Assembly (NCBI GenBank): GCA_904063045.1
Contig: CAJFCJ010000003.1
Span: forward strand, 2,404,504 to 2,468,503
Origin: Dimorphilus gyrociliatus
Lineage: Eukaryota; Animalia; Annelida
DNA length: 64,000 nt
Direction of reading: 5' to 3'
Part shown: positions 49,470 to 62,403 of the stretch, piece by piece
Layout of the letters: every line of letters starts with the position of its first letter
How positions within the stretch are numbered: the first letter of the stretch is position 1
Program-made: the position numbers and the translations under genes
Notes under the pieces: generated by a model
Told to the model about the DNA's origin: nothing
The model's input: the letters and a program-made list of their open reading frames with translations, nothing else
The model's database searches: none

Positions 49470-51050
49470 AATTTATAGTTACGGAAAATTGTCGGCCGTC
49501 CCCTTCCTTTTATAAAAGGGAAGTTGATAAAATTTTGCATTCTATATAAAAGATAAGATGATACTCCTTTAGAGTTTTCATGCTTAATTTAATTCTTATA
49601 CAATTTTCTGGTGCTATTGTAGTGAATAGTTCAATAGATTAATCGATTTTATATTCCATCGGGCCATCTAGCGCTTATTTGGTTATATGAAGCTTAACAA
49701 GTTCCATATTTACAAAGCTTCTTTATATAAACTACAAAAAGAAAGATTTAATAAGCAAGATATAAACTTAGAATACAAATTGACATTACTCTTCCCCTTT
49801 CTTTCTCTCGCCGTCTCTCTTCATTTACCTATCAATGTTTGAAGAGTAGTAAAAGTTTTAAACATAGACTTTCAATTATTAGGAAAATAAAGATCTCTTT
49901 TATCTTCTGAAGTTAAATAAAAAAAACCACGTTGAGAGAATGTTTCTTAAATAGAGTAAAGGGAGGAATAACAAAAGAGAATGGATGAGAATACGCTAAT
50001 TTTCCTCTGCCACTTTGCTCTTTTTCAACATCTACACTAGAAATCAGTAATTATAAGGAAAAAATTCTCTAACGTAGTAAAAATGAGCCAAACGAATTTA
50101 CTACTTTAAAGAGAAAGTCGTTTAGGTTGTGTACTAATTTTTTTATATCAAAAGAAAGTTCAGAAGGAAGAGTGATCTAATTTAGAACTTTACTTATATA
50201 TCTTACTTTAATTAGATTGTTTTAGTATACGAAACATACCTGAAAAATATGGTGTGAACAAGGTTAAAGCATAGAGAGAAAGGAATATGAAACATTGTGA
50301 TTATTAAGACAAAAGATCACCTAGGGACATTGGAGATTCATCAATATTCATTCTTGATAATTATAGAATGCCATTGAATTACAATTGATAAAGCAATGCT
50401 AATGTAATCTGTATCTTTGGTTAGAACAAATTGTAATTTAATTATTGGCCTTAGAAAGAAAGAAAAATGCAAAAAGGAAAAAAGAGGAAACATTCAGACA
50501 TTAGCATAAAAAAGAAATGAAAAATTTCGTACTTGCTCATTTTCTTCCTTATTAAAAAATGATTACGTAATACGAGAATTTTCGAGTTTAGATGTTTTAT
50601 TCTCTCTTTTTTTTTATATTTCTATCTGCTGAAAAACTAGATTGTTATCAATTATTGCTCTAATAGTATCTATATACTATACGTGTTATTTTAGGGAATA
50701 GAATATATAGACTCTAGATATTTTTGGAATTTAGGCTTTTGGGCCAAAATAAACTAAGAAAAAGTTATAAAAACAAAAAGTCTACTGTCATTTTATACAC
50801 GAGAAATAATCTTTTCAGCTGTCTTTAATCATGCTACAATATTCTCCCATAACTAGTATATGATAGGCCTTTCAAGCTTTTCTCTATACTGTTTATTATT
50901 TTCTTTCCCCCCCTATTTTACAGCAATAACTACAAGTATTATGAACGATAGATTATTTACTTGTAAATATCTTATGGAAATCAATGATCCTCATGAAGTT
51001 GATCTCAAACCTTATTCGAGGTATAAGTTACATGGGTAAAGATTAAGAGA

Positions 51051-51375
51051 CGCCATCTACGGTCGATAATTGTCGTTTCCCAATAGTATTTCCATTTACA
51101 TGACAAATAACATTTATCATTTTGAATTATGCAAAGCAATATCTTACCGCGAAAGAAGCGTCTAAACGCTTTGATTTATTCTAGATTATCCAGTCTTAAT
51201 TAGAAATCAAGCTCGTTGATGGAATAATTTACTGAGGCGATAAATCTAGCGAAACTGTCTAATAAAATTCTTTTTATGTCGACATCTCCTTTATTCTTCC
51301 TCAGTGCGTTTAGTGGCACAAAAAAAACCAAACGCTACTAAAAAGTCGAGAGACGTCCGAATTTGACAGATGGCG
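51051..51375. promoter_or_regulatory. Divergent pair of CTCF-like cores in a GC-richer intergenic patch
   Basis: CGCCATCT at 51051-51058 (-) and ACAGATGGCGCTG at 51366-51378 (+). Confidence 0.4.
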
Positions 51376-52312
51376 CTGTCGGTCAAATTAAATAAATTAT
51401 TCCCGAGTGCTGAAGGAAAAAGACGTTCTATCATCGCGGTTGCCAATGTTTGCAAACTGGAAAATTACGACAAATGAAATTTTCTAGCACAAATTTCTTC
51501 CCATATAGCTTTCTCGAATTGATTTCGACTTAGGGATAAAGAGCGGAACGTGCTGATACTATTTCGTATTCAATAGGCCAATTTTTTTCTACTCACCCTT
51601 GTTCCTCGTATATTCTTGTACACATATCTCTCGGGATAAGGTTTACGAATCGTCAATTTGACTTTTCTAACCTCGAATAAAAGCAACTAACAAACGGCGT
51701 CTAATTAGGCGTTAAACCCCTGTCTACTGCTGAGGAAGAGTATGTAAAGAATGATTGTCGAATATGAAAACTTAGCGATAGATGGAGTAACTTTCTTTTA
51801 TTAATTGTATAATGGGAAAATTTGTATACAATGCATCTTTGTATGTTTAATTACAACAACTCGTAATGTAGCTTCATTAAGTGATATTATTGTTTCATTG
51901 CATGCACAAATTAGTTCAATTTATGAATTATAATTTCCTCCTTCATTATTAATATAATGCATTAATAATATCCTTAATAAAAAAAAATTCATTTATTTGA
52001 TGCCTCATTCCATACTTTACACTTAACTTATGTAAATAAAAAATGCCATTTTTAGTAATAATAAATAAGATTTAATGGAATAGAAAAAAATAGGATATTT
52101 TTATTGTTAATTTGAATATATTAATTGAAAAATCTAGAATTTTTTGATTTTATTGCTTAACTAAATAAGATAAGTAGATGAGAAGAGAACAAGTTGAGTA
52201 GGGAAGGGGTATTAAGAAGTAGGAGTTAGAACATTTTTTTTCTTCCCTCTTATCTCTTTTAAATCGTCCATGCTACTTTGTTAAGGATAATTGAATATTT
52301 TCTCAACGACGC

Positions 52313-54926
52313 CTAACGGTTCGAAGTTAGAGAAATGGTCTTCGTTGGAGAATCGTTTTTTGTCTGAGCTATTTCCGTTTGAATTAGTCTTCTATCCTGC
52401 AGGGTTGGTAGTGATTTTCTGGGCGTCAAATATTCTGTATGGAAATAGAAATCATTAGGAAAAAGTAATGTCTAAAGAGTCACTAAGGGATGGCAAAAAA
52501 AGAGGGAGAGAGAAAGAGAGAAAAGAAAGAAAAAAAAGAGTAACTATCTGACTGAGTGAATATGTGAGAGAGTGAGAATGGTAAGGAATGGAAAGAAATT
52601 CAGCACATAAAGTAAAAAAAAAAGCTATAACTGAATACAAGATCTGCATGTCAAGTTAAATGATCAACTGTTCTCAAGCTATTCGTTGAAGTAAATGAGT
52701 TGCATTGTTTGAATTGTCTATGCGCAAATGATCAATTAGAAATATATAGGATGATAGTCAAAATAAAATTGATTTAATTAACTATTTAATAGTTGTTCAT
52801 AATTTCAGTATTGAGTATATAATAGCAACTTTTTTTATACAATAAAAACGGTTCTACGCTACGAGGGGTTACTATTTTTATCGCTAGTTTAAACAGAAAT
52901 AACTCTATTTATATAATGTATTCGGCTAGATCTCTAGAATAATATAATCTAGCACCCCTCGACACTTAGGCCATCTTTCGGTTGAAATCATTAGAAAAAC
53001 AATATGTTTTCTATCGAAAATATACAATATACAATATATACAGTATATATATATATATAATATTGATATTTATAAATATAATATAGGGGAACAAGTGTAA
53101 TAAATTAACTACGTAAGCGTTAAAAATAATTACCTTTTTGTTTTTCTGCGATCGTGAAAGTATCGGAAATTGCTATTATTGTACTGGATTGAGAATTCCA
53201 GTAGGCCAATCTGTATTTTCTATTTTCAGCTGGTTTCATGAGCATTTTACGTGGGAATGATAATTTGATGACTCTAGTATTCGTTCTTCTTACGCTCTTA
53301 TCGATTATAGCATTTTTAATATATGAATAGCATAAATAATCGTTTCGGAAATTTTTTGGGCCATTAGTATATACACCTACCCAATCCCATTCTGTTAATT
53401 CTACGAGATTCGTATTCACTTCCATAGTTATAATGATGTAGTAAGAGAAGTGTGAAGTTACCGATTGAACGAATTTTAGGCTATAATTATAAACAATAAA
53501 AATGAATAATTCAGGTCAATTGGATGTTATTCCTATTATTATTATTTTTTAAGTTTTTAATTATAATAAAAAAATTAATTATTAGCGAAATTTGGATAAA
53601 AATGTAGCCTAAAACCGGTCATTTTTAAAAGCTTTAAAGAAAAAGTAACCAGTAACTGGTCTATGATCGCTCTGCTTCAGATATGGATGAGATTGGTAAG
53701 AGCCTGCTTTAACCTTGAGAAATGAATCTTCTTTACTTAATTTCCAGATAATTCTATCAGTCCAAGCCGGTTTTCTTTGACTTTTTATATCGTAATTATC
53801 TGTTTTTGGATCAAATTTATAAGTTGGACGGAAATTTATGGGAGCCTCTTTAAATCCATTAAAAGCTGTTTTCAAAGTTCTTAATTTAGTTAATTGATCA
53901 TACTTTAGTAGTGTCTGAAATTCTTGTTTTTTTACATGATCCAAAGCGACTTCGGTGCTTATTTTATCTAATCTAAAGTTCAAATCTCCCATCCAAAATA
54001 TGTAATCATGTTCCATTATATTCTTAGCTGACTTATCCTTATTAACATTGAAAATTAATGTAATAACACACCTTTAACTTTTAGGATATATTTAAAATTA
54101 CTTTAAATTGCTGGATACTTGTTATCAGATTGTAATCGTTAACTCGAGATTTAACATTAAATTGATGGGCGGTTAAGTGTGAATTAACGCAACAGACGCT
54201 CACGCCAGCAAAGTCGAATCTTACTGTTGCAGCTCCTTTGGAACCTACTAAACCCATAAATTTTACTTTTGTACTGGTACCTTCAACATCACTCAAAAGA
54301 TGGAGACACTGCTCCTGAACAAAGACGGCTATTACCAAATTGTATAGTCTTATTTTTTTTATTAAGGTGTATTTAAAAGAATTCATTAAGTCCATTATTG
54401 CAATTGTCCACTTATCGTCTTGAATAGCATCCGTTACAACATTAACTTTGGTCTCTTGAAGAGATATAACAAATATAGACGGCCATTTTCTTTTTATATC
54501 TTTAAATCCTGACAGTAAATATATAAAAATGACGAAACTATTTATATAATAATTTGGGAAATTCTAAAATTGGGCCTACTTCCTAAAGATAAATCGAGAA
54601 AGGTATAAAATACATTAAAAATGTAACTAATAAAGCAAAAATAGTAATTATTTTGCATTAAATTTATCAGAAGATATTAAGTCGTCTTTTGTTTAATGCT
54701 TGCCTAACGCATTCAGTAATCCAGATTTTGCAGAATGACCAGAAGGTGGATCAGTTTGATGAACATTCCATGTAAATGCAAAGAGTGTATAATCCATAAA
54801 TTTCTCATAATAAATATTATTACAGTTAATACAATCACGAGATTGAAAAAAATCGTTGTGTTCTTTACAATGTATTGTCTCTTTAATGGATTCTAGATTA
54901 CGTAATTTATTCTGTGAGAAATTCAT
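52313..54926 (-). CDS. INPP5K: Inositol polyphosphate 5-phosphatase K/J-like (IPPc + SKICH), about 506 aa (463 aa if started at ATG 54797)
   Basis: complement(join(52313..52434,53134..53480,53616..54037,54102..54508,54704..54926)) = 1521 nt. Motifs FTWNV, SLQE, GSKGA..VRF, CCVNSHLTAH, HDYIFWMGDLNFR, PTYKFD, PAWTDRIIW and SDHRPV; SKICH motif WDWVGVY..DYLCY. Intron 1 is GC-AG (TAG/GCAAGC). Confidence 0.9.
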
Positions 54927-55617
54927 GTTTATTTAAATTAGAAAGAAAATAAATATTAAAAAAAATAAATGACGTTATCAATGAAATTACAATCCATAAT
55001 TTGTATTTATTCGGAAATATGAATATATATACTGTGTTGTGTAAACAAAATATTGTAAATTACAATAAATACACGTGATTTATGCTAATTAATTACTTTA
55101 TTGCTTTATATTTATAGTGAAAAGATTTATTAACCTCTTTTAAAGAAATATTTGCAGACACGCATTCTTCCAAAGTTGAAAAAAGGCTTCTACTGTAAAT
55201 TAGACAAGACACGTGCCTTTGGCTAGTGTAATATATCGTACTAATTATTTAACATCTTGGTTTGACTGAAACATTGATTGAATATTTAGCGATACATTTT
55301 AATATTAATGCTTTTACTATGATTTTTAAACTGTGTTGAAAAAACCTGACAACGGGCTGGTTTTAATAATCGTTCTAAAGGTGTTGTGAAGTATAATTGA
55401 ATTTAATGTTAATTATATGAAATTAACCGTATAAGAAATTGGAGTATCATCAATACTAATTAACACAAAAATGTAGGAAAAGAGGATAAGAAATAGGGCA
55501 AAGAGAACCAAATTAAAGATGTGACAAATATAATAGTAACAGCATGCTCGACATAATAATATTGTATACAAATTATCTCCTTGTTTTTATATTACTCTAT
55601 ATCATCTTAGTATGAAT

Positions 55618-56839
55618 TTATCCAGATGTTTCAAAGGTATCTGCTCTATCATTTAACTCTGCTGGACAGCAATTTCCTTTTCCAGCTTCTTTCATAACCA
55701 TTATGGCATTTCTTCTGAAAGATGAATAAATCAAGATATATATTACTACATTACCAAAACTGTTTGAATTTGCTAGCCATACTGTGCAGAAGGATAAAAC
55801 TGGATGAATCGCAATTTCTTTAAAGAATGATTCGAAAACTACTTGAACGACATACGGACCCCAACACGTAAAGTAGGCTAAAGTAGTTATTATTAATAAT
55901 TTAACTGCTTTAACATCCTTTTTATTTACTCCAGAATTTCCATCTAGTGATGCAGGCCCTACTTGATTTTTTATGAGTTTAATTGATTTAATAATTTTAA
56001 CTGTGGTAAATAAGAGACAAGCTCCGGATAAAATTGGTATATAAATCGCAGTGATAACACAAAACCACGGATATTCCCAAAATAATCCGCACATACAATT
56101 TGCTTCCGAGTATCTATAGTATATAAAGTTACTTTTCGTTGGAAGTGGTATAAAAAATGTCGCAATTGCCAAAGTCCACATACCAAGTAACAACCACATT
56201 AGTCGTTTTACCGTAACAATTTGGTTATATCTACAAAATAAAAGCATTTAGTTACTTTCTTCTTTTAAGTATAAGAACATGAATGTCTTAATATAACTAT
56301 ATGTTTGAAATATCAGTAATAAGAACACTTTATCACGTTATTGATGCAGATTTATTTTTCATTTATGAATGTAACTGAAATACGAAAGATAAAATAATTT
56401 CCGCTAAATTGAAAGTTAAAATGCTCTCAGTGTTTGAAATTAATTTATTAAAAGAAATTTAATATGCTTACCTTAAAGGATAAATAATTGCCACATATCT
56501 ATCTAGAGACACTGCCGAGATACTCCAGATAGAAACCGTAACACTTACGCCATGACTTATGCCTGATATTTGGCACCAAACATCACCGAAAGGCCATTCA
56601 GAAATAATTGCAGGTACAATTGAAGGTAAGCAAGCAACTAAACCTACCATTAGGTCTGCTGCTCCTAAATTAATAAGACAAATACGTGCTATATACGGAA
56701 TCTGCTTCGTTAATCTTAAAACTGAAATGCTTATGCAATTTGCAGAAATGGTTAATATTCCAATCGTTCCTATGACTGTTGCCCTTAGACCAGTTGCAAT
56801 CGGATGAACAAAATTCGAAGTTTCATTCGTAGGAAGCAT
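55618..56839 (-). CDS. Class A orphan GPCR, GPR21/GPR52-like, about 326 aa
   Basis: complement(join(55618..56230,56472..56839)) = 981 nt, phase 2. ADLMVGLVACLP, WCQ, SLDRYVAIIYPLRYNQIVT..RL, CWGPY and SFCTVWLANSNSFGNVVIY resemble GPR21/52 (YNQLVT, WLAISNSFCNCVIY). Confidence 0.85.
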
Positions 56840-57858
56840 TTTCGACTAAATGAGACCCTTTCGTTGGATTGGGGCGACGCCACGCGTTAAAATACATATA
56901 GTAAGGTAAGACAAAATTATATACCTATAAGTTTGATCAATTTTACGGTCATAAATTAAATTAATAGTCAGAAGTCAGTAAAACTCCTCAAAGTAAGAAA
57001 ATTTCTCATACAATTTTAGGAAGAAGCCAAAAAGAACCGTATCAGATATCCGTTGTTTTAAAATTACTTCCATTGCCCTTGGCAGGTGACATCATATCGT
57101 TGAAACTCAGTTCCAGTAATATTGGATCCGATAAACGGTTTATAAGTAAGAAAATATTTAACTTATCTACAGATGATATATACATTTACTCTCCCTAATA
57201 AAACTATATTTAACTATGAACACGTCCTTTGCATTAACTTATAATAATCTTGTGTTTCAATGACAATAAATGGAAGACGTATAGTAAAAACTATAATAGC
57301 AGCCTCACAATTTATTTTTCTTGCGAGTTGATTAAAACCGTCTTGTTATTATTCATAGTGAGCTAAAGACTAGACTAGTATTTGAATACGCAGTATGTTG
57401 TCCAACAAGTGCGAAGACATCATTAAATGGATAAAATTACCTCCCTTCTACCATATACAGTATTTTCCTTCATCAATCAAAGTTGTATTTTTATATAAGT
57501 GCTGTTTATTTGTCTCATTGAGGTAGAATAAAATTATTTTCACTAAACTGTTTGTTAAGTATATTTAAAGTAATATTTTTAATGTAGTTAATAGGATGTT
57601 CTCTTCTTATTTCTTGGACAACAGAAATTTTACCAATCTCATGGATTTCATCTTATAAGATAGAAAAAAAAATGAACAAGATATATATATATATCTTTAT
57701 ATACATATATATAACATGTATATTATCATATTATCTATATATACAGGATATAAAGTATTTATAATTTTTTAAAGTAAAACCTTTATTTCGAACTTGTTTA
57801 CTTTGAAAGTATAAATATTTAGTCCTAATTATAATAGTTAACAATCTAAGAGTAGTCG

Positions 57859-59516
57859 TTAACTTTCTTCATCAGATAATTCTTCAAGTCCTAGATTATC
57901 CATATTTTCGAATAAACTTTCATCAACAGCAATACCTGGTTCTTCACCTTCTAAAACTTCATCCAAATTTTCACTTTCATCCTTATTTGCTTGAAAGTAT
58001 TGTACACCTATTTGCCGGAAGAGGTAAAATAAGAAAAATGTGGTTAGTTCTTAAAAAATGGACATAAATAATATTATATAGTAATCAATAAAAATCATAA
58101 TTAGTATTGACAAGTGTAAATTAATTCCGTATCGCTTTTTCCAGCTATCAATATCTTTTTACAACTCATACGAGTACACTCATTTTATTTGATAACCTAT
58201 CCGTATTTGCTTGATTATAATCATCTATTACCAAGAAAGAGGCGGTAAAAAAAAATTTCCATCTCATACTAATAATTAATATATTAATAGTTTGACCTTC
58301 ATGGAGCCATATACAATTATGAAAAAAATTAAAATTAGATATTTCGGTACATTGATCAAGTTTCTTCTTCAAATAATATACTGTATACACCCCATACACC
58401 TCCAGATAAACAACACTGTTAAAATCTGTCAGGAAAATGGAGCTTTTTGGCCTAATTTAAATATTCTACAAAGGATTCATAGGTTTAGGTAATTTATGTT
58501 ATTAAAGAGACTAAATGATGCAAGGAAGAGAGAGTTTTTAATTTTGAAAATGAAAAGGAGCAGCGTCAAAGTCAATCTATCATTTTAGCTATCCGTAAGA
58601 CTCAATATCTTAATCAACATCACAGTAGTTTTTTTTAAAAGGAAACTCAAAGAAGATTTTTGAATAGTAAAGATCATTTACGTCTCTCTTTGAATAAATT
58701 AGGCGTTAAGGTCGTTTAGTAAAAAATTAATGACAGGATGATATGAATAGGATATATCACAAAGGATTTTTTGATACCTGTTTGTTTTGTACTGAGCCTT
58801 TCTTTTTCCATTTCCTCTATCCTCCTCTTTTCGTACAGTTCGGCGTCAAACTTTTCTTTCCATTTCAGGAAGGTTTCAATGGTTACCGGGGTACCAACTA
58901 GTATTTTCTGAAATTTATTTATTTTTATTAGGAGAAAATATATATGTAGAGGTCAAATTAACCTCTGCAGCTTCTTCTCTTTCTCTAGTTTCTTTTTCTT
59001 CCTCTAAAATTTCTATTTCATTTATTCTTTCTACGATTTCTTCAATACGATCTTGAAGTGCTGAAATAATCGGGAACACGAAAGGCATCCCTAAGTTACA
59101 ATTTCCCTGTAATAAAAAAGAAATAGTAAGACAAATAATAACAATATATATAGGAGTGGATTCAAATATATCAAACCTGTTCTTCGCATACAGTGAGCAA
59201 CTCTTTTATTCTATCTTCTGAAAGATTTTCGTCGTTTGCAATTTCAAGGATTGGCATTTCATCAGGATATTTTTCAGTGTATTTTACAACTAGATCAAAT
59301 TTTATAGGTTCTTCTTCTGATCGCAGAATGGCTTGTGAAACTAAACTAATTTTGTAATTTGCAGTGGGATGCGGGTGAAGGACTGAAATGAATATATATT
59401 GGTTAGAATGGGTAATTCTCAACAGACAGAATTTTAAATGTACTTGTCAACTCATCGGGATACATAGACTCCAAAGCTAACAATTCATTCTCTTGTTCTT
59501 CCGCGTAATCGGTCAT
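57859..59516 (-). CDS. RWDD1: RWD domain-containing protein 1 (Gir2 ortholog), about 233 aa
   Basis: complement(join(57859..58007,58778..58907,58963..59106,59177..59382,59444..59516)) = 702 nt. MTDYAEEQENELLALESMYPDE, YTEKYPDEMP, NLGMPFVF.IIS, GTPVTIETFLKWK.KFDAE, TG.Q.F and VDESLF. Confidence 0.94.
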
Positions 59517-59772
59517 TTTGCAGAATTTATCACTGAAATACTATTAAACAGACATGTGTCGAAATAGCATACGACGGAAGTGTCCTTTGTAAAACAAAAG
59601 CTGTTTGGTTGGTATATTTGAATATATTACATCAACCAATCAGAATGTAAATAACAGAAAAGGGAAACGGAAGCAATAACTGTCGTCTGCTAATAATTAA
59701 ATGAAAGGATAGATATAAATTTACTATAGGTTTTACATAATCAGCTGAATAGTTATTCATTCTCAAATTATA
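59517..59772. promoter_or_regulatory. Bidirectional promoter of RWDD1 and ATG5
   Basis: 256 nt between divergent ATGs; ETS-like ACGGAAG at 59574 and 59667, CCAATCAG at 59636. Confidence 0.65.
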
Positions 59773-60837
59773 ATGGCAGAAGATAGAGGAATTCTGAGAG
59801 AAGTATGGGAAGGTAAAGTTCCCGTATCATTTACACTATCTGCTGAAGAAGTATCTACATATGAACATCCCGAATCATGTTATGTCTGTTTATTTTTGTT
59901 GTTGTTCATTTATCTTCCTGTAATAACTGTTGCTACTTTCCACAGCTACTTGTTCCCAGACACAGCTACTTTCCGCTATTTTTGGATAAATTACAAAAAC
60001 ATTTTATTAATTACGTAAACGGTGATGAGAGTGATGTTTGGCTGGAAAATACTAATACGAATCAACCAATTAAATGGTTAGTATATTAAATGTTACTGAA
60101 TGAGTATTCTATATGCAAAATAATTTATTTAAGGCATTATCCCGTGGGTGTTCTTTTCGATTTACTTAATTCTTCACACAGTCTACCTTGGAATCTTACT
60201 GTTCATTTTAAAGTAAAAATTTGTTTCTCTATAACAAGAGTTCTAAAAGTAATAAAAAAATGTGTATTTTGTCTACAGAACTTTCCAGATTCCATATTCC
60301 GATGGAATAATAGAGATGCTATAGAGTCACATTTTATGAGCTGTATAAAAGAAGCTGATGCTTTAAAACATCTCGGAAAAGTTATCTCCGGTATGCAAAT
60401 ACAGCATCATAAGCAATTATGGGCAGGACTCCTTAGTGGTAAACGTTTCCATTTCTTTGTTATAAATTATTTAATCAGTGTACTTTTTTAAAATATCAAT
60501 AAAAGACAAATTTGAGCAATTCTGGGCCGTTAATAAAAAATTGATGGAAGGAGATGGTGATGAATCGTTCAAATCTATTCCTTTTAAAATTTATCAAGGA
60601 GACAGTCGTCATATTCAAAAACTATTTAAACCTCAAAACGAAAGAGGCGATTCCAAAACGCTCAGAGATATGATACAGGAAGTTGCCCCGGAATGTTTTG
60701 ATGAGAATGGCGAACTAAATCAGAAAATTATTACACATGGTATTGAAATGCCTCTAGAAAGTGATATTATATGGTTAAGCGAACACTTAAGCTATCCTGA
60801 TAACTTCCTTCATATTTGCTTAATTCCATTAGAATAA
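59773..60837 (+). CDS. ATG5: Autophagy protein 5, about 270 aa
   Basis: join(59773..59883,59946..60076,60134..60212,60279..60438,60506..60837) = 813 nt. DRGILREVWEGKVP, LLVPRHSYFPL, KWHYPVGVLFDL, LPWNLTVHF, FMSCIKEADALKH, DKFEQFWAVNKKLM, IPFKIY and WLSEHLSYPDNFLHI. Confidence 0.97.
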
Positions 60838-60974
60838 CATTTGATTAATAGCTTATATTAATAAAATCGACGAATTTACATGATTTTTAAATTCATATTT
60901 CTGATGATTCCGAAAGCGGAATTTTGTTTTTTTTTTGTTTTTGTACAATAGACTCTTTCGCTGCTATTCAAAAG

Positions 60975-61777
<803 letters not shown>

Positions 61778-62403
61778 CTTAATACCCCAATGGAAATTTA
61801 GATAGTTCAATTGTAGAGAGAAACTTTATCGGAAGAATTTTATATTTTGAATGTGATCCTGAGTCATGTAATTTACATTGTATATTAATGGATTGGTCAT
61901 TTTTATTACAAGAAAATAACAATATTTATATTAAATAAATCTTATTTTATAAAAAAATACTTACGGGCTACGTGGATTAACAAATTTTCTACAAAATTTG
62001 TGCGATATTCTAATAGTTGGTACTACTTCCGGTTTACGAAGCTCGTAAGAAAAAGATTATGATTTTTTTGTATAGTATTTATAGAGATAACTAATAATTT
62101 ACAGAACAAAAAAAAATACGAAGTTAATTCTTATTTCAAATAATTTTATACGAAAATGCGCTATAAACATAGCAGCCGATACCCGTTTGAAATTTTATAA
62201 CAATAGTTTTATAATCATAGTTTTAACAATAACGGCGAATTTGGATATTTTATAATTATATATTACTTAATTATATAGTTACGTTTGTTTTTTCGGAAAG
62301 TTATGAAGAATTCTGGCAATTTGTGTAAATATTCAAGTCTGAACTTGTAAACAAAATTGATTATACAAAATTCTTTATTCCAAAATAGGAAAATAACATC
62401 AAG
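61778..62403. promoter_or_regulatory. Bidirectional promoter region of TMEM50 and CNTLN
   Basis: Between divergent ATGs; ETS-like ACTTCCGG at 62025-62032; a minus-strand GTAAGT near 61943 suggests a TMEM50 5'-UTR intron. Confidence 0.5.

Noticed and set aside
55730-55760. GPCR TM7 lacking the NPxxY proline (NVVIY)
   Set aside because: Loss of this Pro is normal for GPR21/GPR52 (NCVIY), so it supports the family call rather than novelty.
59932-59974. Local duplication (CACAGCTACTT twice, 20 nt apart) at the ATG5 intron 1 acceptor, suggesting intron gain by duplication
   Set aside because: The second copy is fixed by the conserved RHSYFP coding sequence, the repeat is only 11 nt, and the intron position appears to match that of vertebrate ATG5; likely coincidence.
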